The position numbers were made by a program, and so were the translations under genes. Below are positions 21,363-31,830 of a stretch of 64,000 bases of DNA, one piece after another (the stretch's first letter is position 1; every line of letters begins with the position of its first letter). The DNA comes from Bilabrum cf. latius. Its lineage: Eukaryota. The notes beneath the pieces are model-generated. The model was given only the letters and a program-made list of their open reading frames with translations. It was not told the origin of the DNA and did no database searches. The stretch is from contig OZ237774.1 in NCBI GenBank assembly GCA_965178125.1, positions 310,001-374,000 of the forward strand, given 5' to 3'.

Positions 21363-24300
21363 ATGAACAGCGCCGGTAGCCATCGGATCGACCCGGCGCG
21401 CGGGGCAGCAGGCAGCGCCAGGGTGATCGCCGCAGCTGCAGTGTTCGCTCGCGCGGTAGGCCAACCTGCGGTCACGTTGGCCGATTTAGCTACTCGATAT
21501 GGTATGAATGATGCTGTGTTCTCGGATTTCATTGCTCGTCTCAACGTGCAGCGCGACACCATGGCGCCTCGCGATCCCGATCTTCAACGTGCACACGATG
21601 CGGGGTTCCTGTGCTACTTGCTCGACAGGTACTCATCAAAGCAGTCCTTCACGGCATCACGGTCCATTAATGCTGTCAAGAGCACCGCTCTCGCCAAGTT
21701 CGTGTCAAATGGGACGCTAACGACTCTCGGTGCACGGCTGCTTCTGCCGGCGTCGCCGAGCTCTCCTCGACGGCAACAGCCTGAGCGACTCGCAGGACAA
21801 GTACATCTTCATCCTGTTCAGCAATCTCCAGAGGCTCCTTCTTCAATCGAGTCTCCATGGTCCCTGAGTTCACTACCGACGGGCCGGCGGACCGCTCCTC
21901 TTCGCGGACAGCATCGGCCACCCGGACGCCTCGACTTCGGCGCCGCCATCCATGCTTCACCTGGACGCGACCGAGCGGCGTAGAGTGCCACCAGGACAAG
22001 CCGCGGAATTTCGCCCTTGCGGGCGCGGCCAGGCTCTTCGACGACGCGGCAGGCCCCGCTCGCGCGAGGCGGGCGGGCCCACCTGCACGAGTCCCCGAAC
22101 CGAGGGCCCCCGGGGACAGCAGCAGATACCCAGCGCAGCGGACAGCCCAACTTCTCAACGTCTTCACCCCCGCGGCACCAACCTCCACCTGCCTCGGGCA
22201 GGCTCCCCGGTAGGCCAGGCACTCGGGACTTCGGCGATCCGACAGTGCTCGCGGAGGCGCTCAGCAGTGCAGCATCACGGTCAACGGGCCCGGCAGGCCC
22301 TCAGCTTCTTCTTCCTCGTGTGTCTCCGGCTTACGACTCCCCCGGCGTGACTCCGGGCACCAGCCGCTAGCTTGACGCGGTCTGGGGCCGCCTTCCTGGG
22401 GATCTCCAACGGGCAGTGTTGCACTCCACGACGCTGCGGGGAACGGCCGACCCAGCGACAATTCTGCATCTACGCCTGTTTGCGCTGTGGCACAGCATTC
22501 CGACTCTGCGCCAGGAAGAGCTGCTGTCGCACCTCTCCGCCCACGTGGAATTGCAATGGTACTTCTCGCACCGACTAGCAGCCTCGATGCACTCATCCCC
22601 GCCACCAGTCGACGCTACACCCGCTCATCAGCCACCCCGTGAACCTCCTGTGTCATCTTCTGCCTCACCGCAGCCTGCGTCTTCAATTGACCCAGTTTCA
22701 CCGGGCGCAGGCACGGCAGTGGACTCCGCGGTCGTTCGCTCGCAACCAGTGGAGATTTTGTAGCGTGAGGCCTCTGCACCTTCAATCGCTGCAATTCGAA
22801 TGCAGAATTGGTTTTCTGATGATTTCTTGGCAACGTTGACCTCGATCTTTCGCCAATCCGCGTTCATGCCGCGGTTTTGCTAGGCTGACGCGCTTCATTT
22901 GGACGCTAGCGGCCGCGATTTCGCTGCAGAACTGGCCCGTGCCCTGTTTGGTCAGGCCGTGACGAGAGCCAAGATTGAATCGGCTATTTTCTCGTTCACG
23001 AGCCGGCTTCATGCAGCTCTGCCGATGAGCAATGCCAGTTTTGGGAAGTTTGATGCGTCCAACTCGGAGTCGTCTGCTGCAGGCGGACGAGAAAAGTAGG
23101 TGCCATCTAGCGAGTTACTATGCACTATTTACTCGGCTATTTCCTTTGCTTTAGGCTGTGTGCTCGTGCGCGCTGCTTGCGTGCATTCGACGGCGTCCTT
23201 GCCGTCCTGGTTGCCGCAGGGCAGCAGCTCGTGGTCGTGTCCAGCATCACTAGTGCCCGATTGGAAAACCCTGGGGCAGGTTCGCAATGATTTTCTTCGT
23301 TTGGTTAGTGCTTCCGGGGCATCATCTGCATCGGCGTCCCGACTAGAGGTGGTGTTTGCCGCTGTGTGTGTGATACCACGCGGAAGTTCAGCCTTTGAGA
23401 TGCTCTCCTCCCATGCTTGGCGCCATACAGGCGAACGCTGTGACGTTGAGATTCGTGACCTTGTTGGGAATGAGATTCCTTCGTGCTCTTCTGGCGACTG
23501 CATGCGTCTCCTACAATTGCTGCATCCGTGGGCCACTGAGGCATGCAGATCAGGCGAACCTGGCCTCGTGCGCGGACTGCTACAGGGAGTCCAGGCTGAC
23601 ATGCAGGCGCCGTCCCGTCGAGCAGCACTGTCCCGTCACTTCGACCCCCGCGGGGGCAGTGGAGGCCGGGGCAGTGGAGGCGGGGGCAGTGGAGGCTCCA
23701 GGCGCAGCGGGGGTGACAGCGACCAGCCCAGTGCCGATCGTGGCGGAGGTCGACACCGTCGAGGCCGTGGACGTGGCGGCGCAGGCCAGCAAGGTGGCCA
23801 GCACCAGCGTGCGGACCGGCAGGACGGGGGTTCCACCAGGAAGTCCAAGGAGCCTTCACCTGACCCCCCCCCACGAGGTACGTCACGTCAGAGCCAGCCC
23901 AGCACTCCAACACCAACACTGCCGCAGGGGCGTACGCAGACTACCACCACATCGGACGCGTGTGCTGCTTCCACACCACCTGTCACGTCAACGCCCGCGC
24001 TTCACCCAGTCCTGGTGGCCCTAGCGCGCCCTAAGCGACCGCAGCGGCCGCCCACGGCGTCATCCACGAGGCTGCCAGGTAGGACGGACATCTCTCCAGC
24101 ATTCGTTGACTGGGCATATCCAGCTCCGGATCCAAGCCATGAGTGGGCAGGGACGACTGCACCCTCCGTCGAGGACTTCATACAGCGAAAGGACGATCAC
24201 CAGCGTACCAGAGAATGTCCCGGCGAATTCGTGGAGGCTCCAGCTGCGACGTGGGACCGTGAGCGGCTCCACCTGAAGGTTCACGACGACCCGCTGGCAT

Positions 24301-27122
24301 TCACGCCACGCAAGTACTTCGACAAGGTGCCTCGCTAGACTGCAACACTGCGGACCCGGCGGGAGGTTCTGTTTGGCGGCCGCACACCGAGGAAGGCCCC
24401 GTCCCTTGCCGAGTTTAAAGCCCTCCCACGAGTCGAGCGTGTACTGGCAGCACTGAACTATGGTTGCCCCCTAGCCATCGTGGACGAGGTGCCCAAAGAG
24501 CACGATCTAGACTACAAGGACCGTAAGCTGTCTCCGGAAGAAAAGTGGGAGATCGCCTGCGAGATCGGGCGCTCCATGCGGGCTGGCGAGCGTGACTTCG
24601 TGTCACCCAAAGATTTCGACACAGCCCGGGCCCGGCCGCTGGTGATCCCCAAGAAGGACTCGACAAAGCTACGGTTCCTTCAGGACTCCTCACTCAAGGT
24701 GAACGGCCAGCGTACCGGTCTGAACAAGGCCATCGACTACAGTGCAGCCACGCCTGTGCAGCAGACGAGCAGCATGGACGTGCTGCGCTCGGCAGCCGCA
24801 GCAGTTCGATCCTGCCCCAAGCGTGCCAGCGGATACGTCGTCGACATTTCCTCGTACTTTCGGGTCCTGCCGGTGGCAGTGGAGGATCTCCAATACAACC
24901 TGATCAAGCTGCCCGACGGGCGCATCGTGCAAGATTTCAGGCTCTCTATGGGCAGCTCATCATCTCCCGCCTTCGCAACTACGATCAGTTCGGCTTTGGC
25001 CCAAGCCCTCGAGGAGCAGTCCATTGGCAGGGCCATGCGACCCGGACGGAGACACAAGCAGAAGCAACGACGCCGGAAGCAGCAGCACGCCAACGCCCAA
25101 TCCAGCACGACGGACCAGGCGCCCCAGGCGAACTCGTCAGCAACGTCCACCCCGCCTGCCGCTAGCACGACAACGGGACATGTCAAGACGGCCCAAGACT
25201 AGTCCCGCCATTGGTAGGTCGAAAATGAGGTGTTTGTAGATGACTTTGCCTGCCTCGGCGGAGATCACGAAGTCGATGCATGGGCAATTCGAGCCATGGG
25301 GCAGCTGGACTCCACAAACTTCCCCGTCAGCATCTCGAAAGCATTGAAGCAAGGGGCCCCAGCCCCGGTGTTCGAGTACTTGGGCCTCACCTACGACTTG
25401 ATCAAACACGAGGTGCGGTGCCCTAAGGACAAGGCCAACGACGTCCTGCGCAGACTGCACGAGGCACTCACGACGAAGGGGATGCTGCTGTCTAGCTTTG
25501 AGACCTTGGTCGGCAAGTTGTCCTTCCTGTCGGGCGCACTTTATGGTATGCGCGGTGCTCTACGTCCCCTGTATGACGCCAAGGGCTGGGCCCTTCACAA
25601 GTAGGCCAGCCGGTCACGACCAGGTGAGGTGTGGGTCCCCACCTCCTTTGTGTCCAAGGGTGGCTTCACAGTTGGGGAAATCCTCGAGGGATTCCAGGTG
25701 GCTATCCAGCGCAAAGGCGGGCGCAGCTTTCCGATGCGGGGCACCATTGACTGTCCCATCCTTCGCACTGATGCGTCGGTGACAGGCTACGGCGCCGAGC
25801 TGCTTCTCCACGACAAGGACGGCAACATCACTTCGCACACCGGCATCCAGGGCACTTGGCCGCATCGCCTAGAGGCGAAGGATGTAGCGGCGGCAGAACT
25901 TGCAACATGTTTGTTGGCACTGGCGCATTGGCGACAGCACCTGCGTGGACGTGTGGTGCGTTTGTGGTGTGATAATGATGCTTCCGTGTAGCTGATACGC
26001 TACGGCAGACCCAAGAGCCACATCATGGCAGCCTTACTTCGCCCTATCTTCGTACTGCAGACAACGCAAGATGTGCAGATTCACGTGAAACACATTCCTG
26101 GCGAGGACAACGTCGTTGCGGACGCTTTGAGCCGCGGCTCACAGGAGGCATACACGCACCTGGACGCGGTGTATCAGGTCGACTGTCCCACGCCGATCTG
26201 GAACACCTTGTACAAGCACGACCATTTCACGCTGGTGGCCACTCTGGACTCAGTGGGTTGCGCACGGCGTGGGGGCACTTCGACAACTTCCTCACGTGGT
26301 ACGACATCGACCGCAGTTTCATGGACGGGCATCTTCCAGCAGCTCGCAGACTCTTCGCGTTCAGGCTCAATGCAGCGCTCTCGAGATTCGCAGTCTTCTT
26401 AGGGGAATGTTCGCCTCTCAGTGGCGGCACCATCGCTACATACACCAGAAATGCCTAGCGAGTCGTCATCGAGTCCACAGGTGCGTGCGGCGTCCCACGG
26501 TCAAGCTAGCTCGACAGCATCCTCCGGTACTACCACAAAGCATCGCCATCGGCGCACCCGTTGCGTCGATCTTCAGCCCCACTCCGCGCAATCCGACGGT
26601 GCTTCTCGACAGCCGGTTGCAGCACAACAGAGTAGGCTGCTCGGACAGCTGTCTGTCTCTGCTTCTGTGGGGGCCTCCGGCTGGGAGAGCTCGTCGGTGC
26701 GTCCAGACGACAAGCCGGCCTCCAATGGCAGCAAGTGCAGTTCATCACGCGAGACGGACGCATCCATGGTGTTGCCATCCGCCTGGGCCTCCACAAAGCC
26801 GACGGCCCAGCCAAGTTCTCCATCCAAGCCGCAGAGCCCATCGCAGTCCATTGCAGAGCCGGACGATGGGCAGTCACAGGCAGCAGGTTCTGCGGCGTGC
26901 GAGCCTTCGTGGCGTGGGCAGCAGCGAGCCACGCCCCAACTGCAGGCGCAGACGAAGACTACGCCCGGTAGCTGGCGCTCAGCTGCCCCACGTCAGGGCC
27001 AGTCTTCGTGGCGAACACGAAGCCGATCGTCAAGGCGCAGGTAGTACGGGCGCTCCGCAGCTTCTGCTCACGAGAAGTTGCAGGAGCGGTGCACGGACAT
27101 TCCATCCGCATCGCGGCAGTGA
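21363..27122 (+). CDS. Ngaro-2 Gag-like/RT/RNase H polyprotein frame, 1919 aa with 12 TAG read as sense
   Basis: Ten listed ORFs share one frame and are joined only by TAG; RT LRFLQD, VDISSYF, LSMGSSSSP, FVDDF, YLGL; RNase H RTDAS, AAEL, WCDN, HIPGEDNVVADALSR. Confidence 0.85.
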
Positions 27123-27316
27123 TGTGTTTGGACCGTGCTGGGGTCGCCTTCGAGGTCATTAGGCGATTTGGCAGATGGAAGTCGGCATCTGCATGCGAGG
27201 TGTACTTGCGGGGCGTCAGGGAAGGTTTGCCTCCTCTGGAGCTCGGCGGCAGGAGCCTCGATTTGAACAGGCCAGTGTGGGTGCTGGCCAGCGCGCTGCG
27301 GCTGAACTTGGAGTGA
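26258..27316 (+). CDS. Ngaro-2 tyrosine recombinase (-1 frame relative to pol; start unresolved; 4 in-frame TAG)
   Basis: GGLRLGEL, LHK, HSIR, FGRW, CEVY; ends TGA. Confidence 0.85.
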
Positions 27317-27356
27317 GCCACACAGCCGCAGCGTACAAGACATGGCGGTAAGATTT

Positions 27357-27817
27357 GGCGGAGTAGTGCACGTGCTCTTCCCAGCCCCGGTCAGTCCGGT
27401 CAAGGGTCGCGCACAGGCACAGCTTTGTCAGGTCTTGCCATGTCTGATTGTTAACGAGACTAGGTTGCGCGTACACTCTGGCATCATGATCCTAACGCCG
27501 GATGGGGTTCGGTGTTGATGCCAGAGTGGGAGCGCGTGAACGTCTCGTTGGGTTCCGATGGCGGTTGCGACCGGGAAGGTGCGACCAAGCCAACGGATTG
27601 CTTGCGATGACGCGCATACCCTCTCTGTGTTCAGGAGAGGGGCGGAGATTGGGTAATTTTTGCCCACCCTCCCAACCCCCTCCTCCTCGGCGGAGTAGTG
27701 CACGTGCTCTTCCCAGCCCCGGTCAGTCCGGTCAAGGGTCGCGCACAGGCACAGCTTTGTCAGGTCTTGCCATGTCTGATTGTTAACGAGACTAGGTTGC
27801 GCGTACACTCTGGCATC
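27357..27817 (+). repeat. Ngaro-2 B1-A2-spacer-B2 terminal repeats
   Basis: B is 129 bp and present twice; A2 (177 bp) matches 21158-21334. Confidence 0.95.
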
Positions 27818-29283
27818 ACTGATATTACATTAAATTTTATCGATCGTTTTGATGGTTCAGCTTATAAAAATATTATTGGAGCTAAAAATGCACCAGTTGG
27901 ACGTAAAATGAAGTTTTTGTCTGAAAGAACACTTTCGGTATGGCTTAAATATATTATTGATGACTTGAAGAATGAAAAGAAATTATTTATTTTTTATCCT
28001 TATAAAAAGGATTCTTCTAAATTTCCATCAATGGAAAAATTAAAGGCAGAACTGGAAAAGAAAACAGAAAAAAAGGGTATTTGTTACCATGGAGACAGTG
28101 GTGTCAGTGTTAATAATACATTAAAAGATGTAAATAAGCATTGGTCAGATTATGATTTTATTTTAACTAATAGTAAAATCACGGTTGGAGTAAATTATGA
28201 TAAAAAGAAATTCGATCGTGTATATTTGGCATTGTCTGGGTTTAGTTCTCCACGTGATGTGATCCAAGCATCTTATAGAATCCGTAATATATCCGACAAT
28301 GAAGTAATATCAACAATTTTAAATTTAAATAAATTTTCAGGAACTGATGAAAGCTATAGAGTCAAAGACAAGAATTTTAAAAAGCTTGTTAATGATTTAA
28401 TGGTCGAGGATTCCTCCCCAATTGTTGAAACATTTAAATTATTTTCACATAAAGCACATTATAAATTTATTGATGTTCCTATTCATTTAAATAAAAAAGA
28501 AGAAAGAGAATATTTGAAATACCTTCAAGAGGATGACACATATTACAGCTGGGATTCAATCCCTTGTTTTAACAAAAAATATAAAGAACTTGCAGAAAAG
28601 GAAACAAAAAAGAACCCATTGGATACTGATATTTTAGATGAAATAGAACAATTAAAAAAAAATGAAATTGAAGCGGTACAATCTAGAATATACGCAGGTT
28701 GTGCATCAATGGAAGACACGTTGACAATGCAAAAGTATTATTTCCAAAAGGTATTTAATGAAAAAACAACAGTGGAACAAATGGCTAAAGCTTGGGATGG
28801 TAAATATAATGAATTCATTAATAAGTATATTTTTTTTTTCAATATCGAAATAAAAAAAGGAGCTGTTCATTTAAAAGAAACCTCAAAAATGAAAAACATA
28901 TTAGATCAATTGAATCTTAATTTAAATTCAACAGTTGAAGAGATTGAAAAATGCAAATTAACAGACCAACAAAAAGAAGAAATCAATAATTATATTTTGG
29001 ATAACAACAAATTAAATAATTCATCTAGTATTAAATATATTAGTAAACTTATCAATACATTTTTTGGTGGTTATCATATAACTTATAAACAAACCAAAAG
29101 CAGAAATGGAGAATATAAAAGATCAAATAAATTCAGTCAAATGATTGAATTCTGTCAAGATCATATTTATGACTTTGAAGATGATAATGAAGAAGACGAC
29201 GGAGTTTTTTATGAAGATGATTTATTTGAATAAAAAAAAATAGATCTAAAGAATTAAAAATATAGTAATAGTATACATATATT

Positions 29284-29565
29284 ATGACTATATTAAATGA
29301 AGACGATATTTTTCAATTGCCCATATTTAGAAGATTACAACAATTAAAACAATCAAAGCATAAATATATAAGAGATAAAGCCGATACAATATTTGATAAA
29401 GCAATAAATGCATATAATGATGATGAAGGCGATGAATGGGAAAAATTAATTAATGGATGGTTTGAAGATGTTAAAGAAATGCTAAATTATGAACCAAATA
29501 AGAAATCTTTGAAAATGCCAAAATGGAAAAAAGAATATTACAAGAGAATTAATGAAATAATTTAA
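29284..29565 (+). CDS. Virophage hypothetical protein
   Basis: 93-aa ATG-TAA ORF; upstream motif shared with the primase-helicase gene. Confidence 0.55.
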   Translation: MTILNEDDIFQLPIFRRLQQLKQSKHKYIRDKADTIFDKAINAYNDDEGDEWEKLINGWFEDVKEMLNYEPNKKSLKMPKWKKEYYKRINEII

Positions 29566-29642
29566 TTAGAAAATACATCACTATTAACAGTTTAAAACGC
29601 ACTTAAACAATATTTTTTATATAAGCATATATTATATAAAGA

Positions 29643-30587
29643 ATGTCTATTTTTGAACAAATACAAAATATAAAGCCCAATCTTGCCGAAAAAAGCATAA
29701 ATGATTATATTAGAATCTATGAAAAAATAGAGAAACAAGATAAACCAATAATTGAATACTTAAAAGATGATGTGCCACAATCTAATCAATCTAGTTATTT
29801 ACATAAATATATAACAGTATGTAAGGCAATAAAAAAAGATTATGATGAAACATTAAATAAACAATTAATTGAATTGAAAAAGAACAATAAATTTTATAAT
29901 AAAAATGCCAAGGAACACGTAAAGAATTTTAAATATTCAGATATAGAAAAGAAATTAAAAGAAATTGAAGGAGGTAATAATAATAAAATGAATGAATATA
30001 GAGCATGGTTGCTATCTCTTTACGCATATATGCCACCTCTTAGAGTCACGGAATGGTTAACAACTAAAATATTAGATACTGACAACCACGAAGAAGAAAA
30101 TAAATTATTGTTAGATGATAAAGAGATTCACATATACGATCATAAAACTAAAAAGTCCAATGGTGTAAAATATATTAAAGTTCCAGATAGTGTTATTTAT
30201 TATTGTAAGCATTTTAAAGAAAAATATAAATGTGAATATGTTTTATCTCCATTTAAGAATCCAAATAAAAAAAACGACCAATCTAGTATAACAAAAATAT
30301 TAAACAAGATTTTTAAAAAGAAAGTTTCTATTAATGATTTTAGGAATGTTTATATTAGTGAGAAAATGAATAAAGGAACGTTATTTACTAATACTGAAAG
30401 GGAAGATTTAGCCCGAATCATGGGAAACTCACCAAGCACTCAAATGTTAACATACACTAAATATTGTCAATCTAATAATAATGATAAAAAACCAGAAGAC
30501 GCTATATTATCAATGATTAATGATAAGTCAAAACAGGAACAAATAAAAATATTATTAAATTGCATAAATAAATTAAATTCATCTTAA
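29643..30587 (+). CDS. Virophage tyrosine recombinase
   Basis: PPLR, HKT, NDFR, MGNS, MLTY: R-K-x-R-x-Y spacing of YRs. Confidence 0.75.
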   Translation: MSIFEQIQNIKPNLAEKSINDYIRIYEKIEKQDKPIIEYLKDDVPQSNQSSYLHKYITVCKAIKKDYDETLNKQLIELKKNNKFYNKNAKEHVKNFKYSDIEKKLKEIEGGNNNKMNEYRAWLLSLYAYMPPLRVTEWLTTKILDTDNHEEENKLLLDDKEIHIYDHKTKKSNGVKYIKVPDSVIYYCKHFKEKYKCEYVLSPFKNPNKKNDQSSITKILNKIFKKKVSINDFRNVYISEKMNKGTLFTNTEREDLARIMGNSPSTQMLTYTKYCQSNNNDKKPEDAILSMINDKSKQEQIKILLNCINKLNSS

Positions 30588-31757
30588 ATCAAAATCAAAT
30601 GTTTCAGTTTTTGGATACCATTTCACAGAATATAAACGTTCATAATTTCTAACCATTTTAGGGACATCTTCCATTAAATTCTTTCTTGGCTCTATTGTAG
30701 GCGTTTTATAACCCTTCCATAGAACATAATAACTAGGTTCGCCATCTCTGTATGTCGGTTTTAGTAATTTTGAAATTACCCATTTTTGTTCTTCTTTTTG
30801 CTCATTCATTACATATTTAATTTTTTGTAAATCTTCATTATAATATCTACCTTTCAATCCTTTAATTTTATATGAAGGCACACTATAAGTTTTCTTTGGT
30901 TTAAATACTTCTTCAATTTCATATATTTTTTTGCTGAAATTTTGACCTCTATTTAAATTATCCTCAATGTTTGCCATTCTTACTTTATCCCCTTTTTTTA
31001 ATATTTGATTTTCATTCACTAACTTATTTTTTGCTTCCTTTCTAGTATTTTTATAAACCTGTTCCCATAACTTTTTATTTTTAATAATTTCATTTGGCGT
31101 AAATTTAGTTATTCTTGATTTAGAATTATTATAAGCATCTACAAGATCCCAAATAATATTAACCCAATCTTTATTAAGCTGTAAAGACCTATTGATCATG
31201 CGTTTTAGAGTACCATTAAAACGTTCAATACCACCGTTTGACTCGGGTGAATAGGGATTACTAAATACTTGTTTTATTCCTTCTTTCTTAAGCATTTTAG
31301 TCATAACCGAATTTTTAAATTCACTTCCGTTATCAGATCTAATAATAGATGGTTTTTTATTTAATTGACCAATCATTAATTTTAATGCTTTTGATACGGT
31401 TTCTTTTTTCTTATTGTTAATAGGAAATGCAAAACCTTCTTTACTAAAAAGGTCTATACCAGTTAATAAATATTTTTTATTATTTTTTTCGATATCTTGG
31501 ACATTTACTAAATCCACGGCGAACTGCTCATAGGGTCTTTTTAATACTGTTGCTTGAACTGTTTTCTTTTGTTTAATTGGTTTGTATAATTGATAGTTTT
31601 CCTGAGATTTTAACCAGTTCATTATTTGTCGTCTACTTATATCGTAACCTCTTGATTTAACTAATTCAAATAATTTATCACGACCAAATAAAAAATGTTC
31701 ATCATAATATATTTTACTTAAAATTTCCCTTTGTTCTTTCGAAAGTGGTGGAGTCAT
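30579..31757 (-). CDS. Retroviral-type (rve) integrase with C-terminal chromodomain
   Basis: FAVDL, IDLFSK, RSDNGSEF, SNGGIERFNGTLK (DDE); YYVLWKGY...EP chromodomain-like tail. Confidence 0.93.
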   Translation of the reverse strand: MTPPLSKEQREILSKIYYDEHFLFGRDKLFELVKSRGYDISRRQIMNWLKSQENYQLYKPIKQKKTVQATVLKRPYEQFAVDLVNVQDIEKNNKKYLLTGIDLFSKEGFAFPINNKKKETVSKALKLMIGQLNKKPSIIRSDNGSEFKNSVMTKMLKKEGIKQVFSNPYSPESNGGIERFNGTLKRMINRSLQLNKDWVNIIWDLVDAYNNSKSRITKFTPNEIIKNKKLWEQVYKNTRKEAKNKLVNENQILKKGDKVRMANIEDNLNRGQNFSKKIYEIEEVFKPKKTYSVPSYKIKGLKGRYYNEDLQKIKYVMNEQKEEQKWVISKLLKPTYRDGEPSYYVLWKGYKTPTIEPRKNLMEDVPKMVRNYERLYSVKWYPKTETFDFDLR

Positions 31758-31830
31758 AAATACTAATAATTTTAGTTTAGAAATAAATCTAAATTAAAAT
31801 CTTTTAATTAACACAATAAAATTAATCTAT

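Larger units (their letters stand above)
21158..27817 (+). mobile_element. Ngaro-type YR retrotransposon 2 (6660 bp), structurally complete
   Basis: GC-rich island; A1 21158-21334, B1 27357-27485, A2 27486-27662, B2 27689-27817; no TSD. Confidence 0.93.
19652..29233 (+). pseudogene. AEP primase-SF2 (origin-binding protein-like) helicase, 973 aa when rejoined (19652-21157 + 27818-29233); split by Ngaro-2
   Basis: AEP motifs VYFDID, SYH, YDPCVY; helicase motifs PMGCGKT, VIDEIE, rejoined LLDAFITDITLNF, ITVGVNYD, QASYRIR. Confidence 0.88.

Noticed and set aside
27698-27817. N-terminus of the 511-aa ORF 27698-29233
   Set aside because: It is Ngaro-2 B2 repeat sequence that happens to be in frame with the helicase C-terminal half
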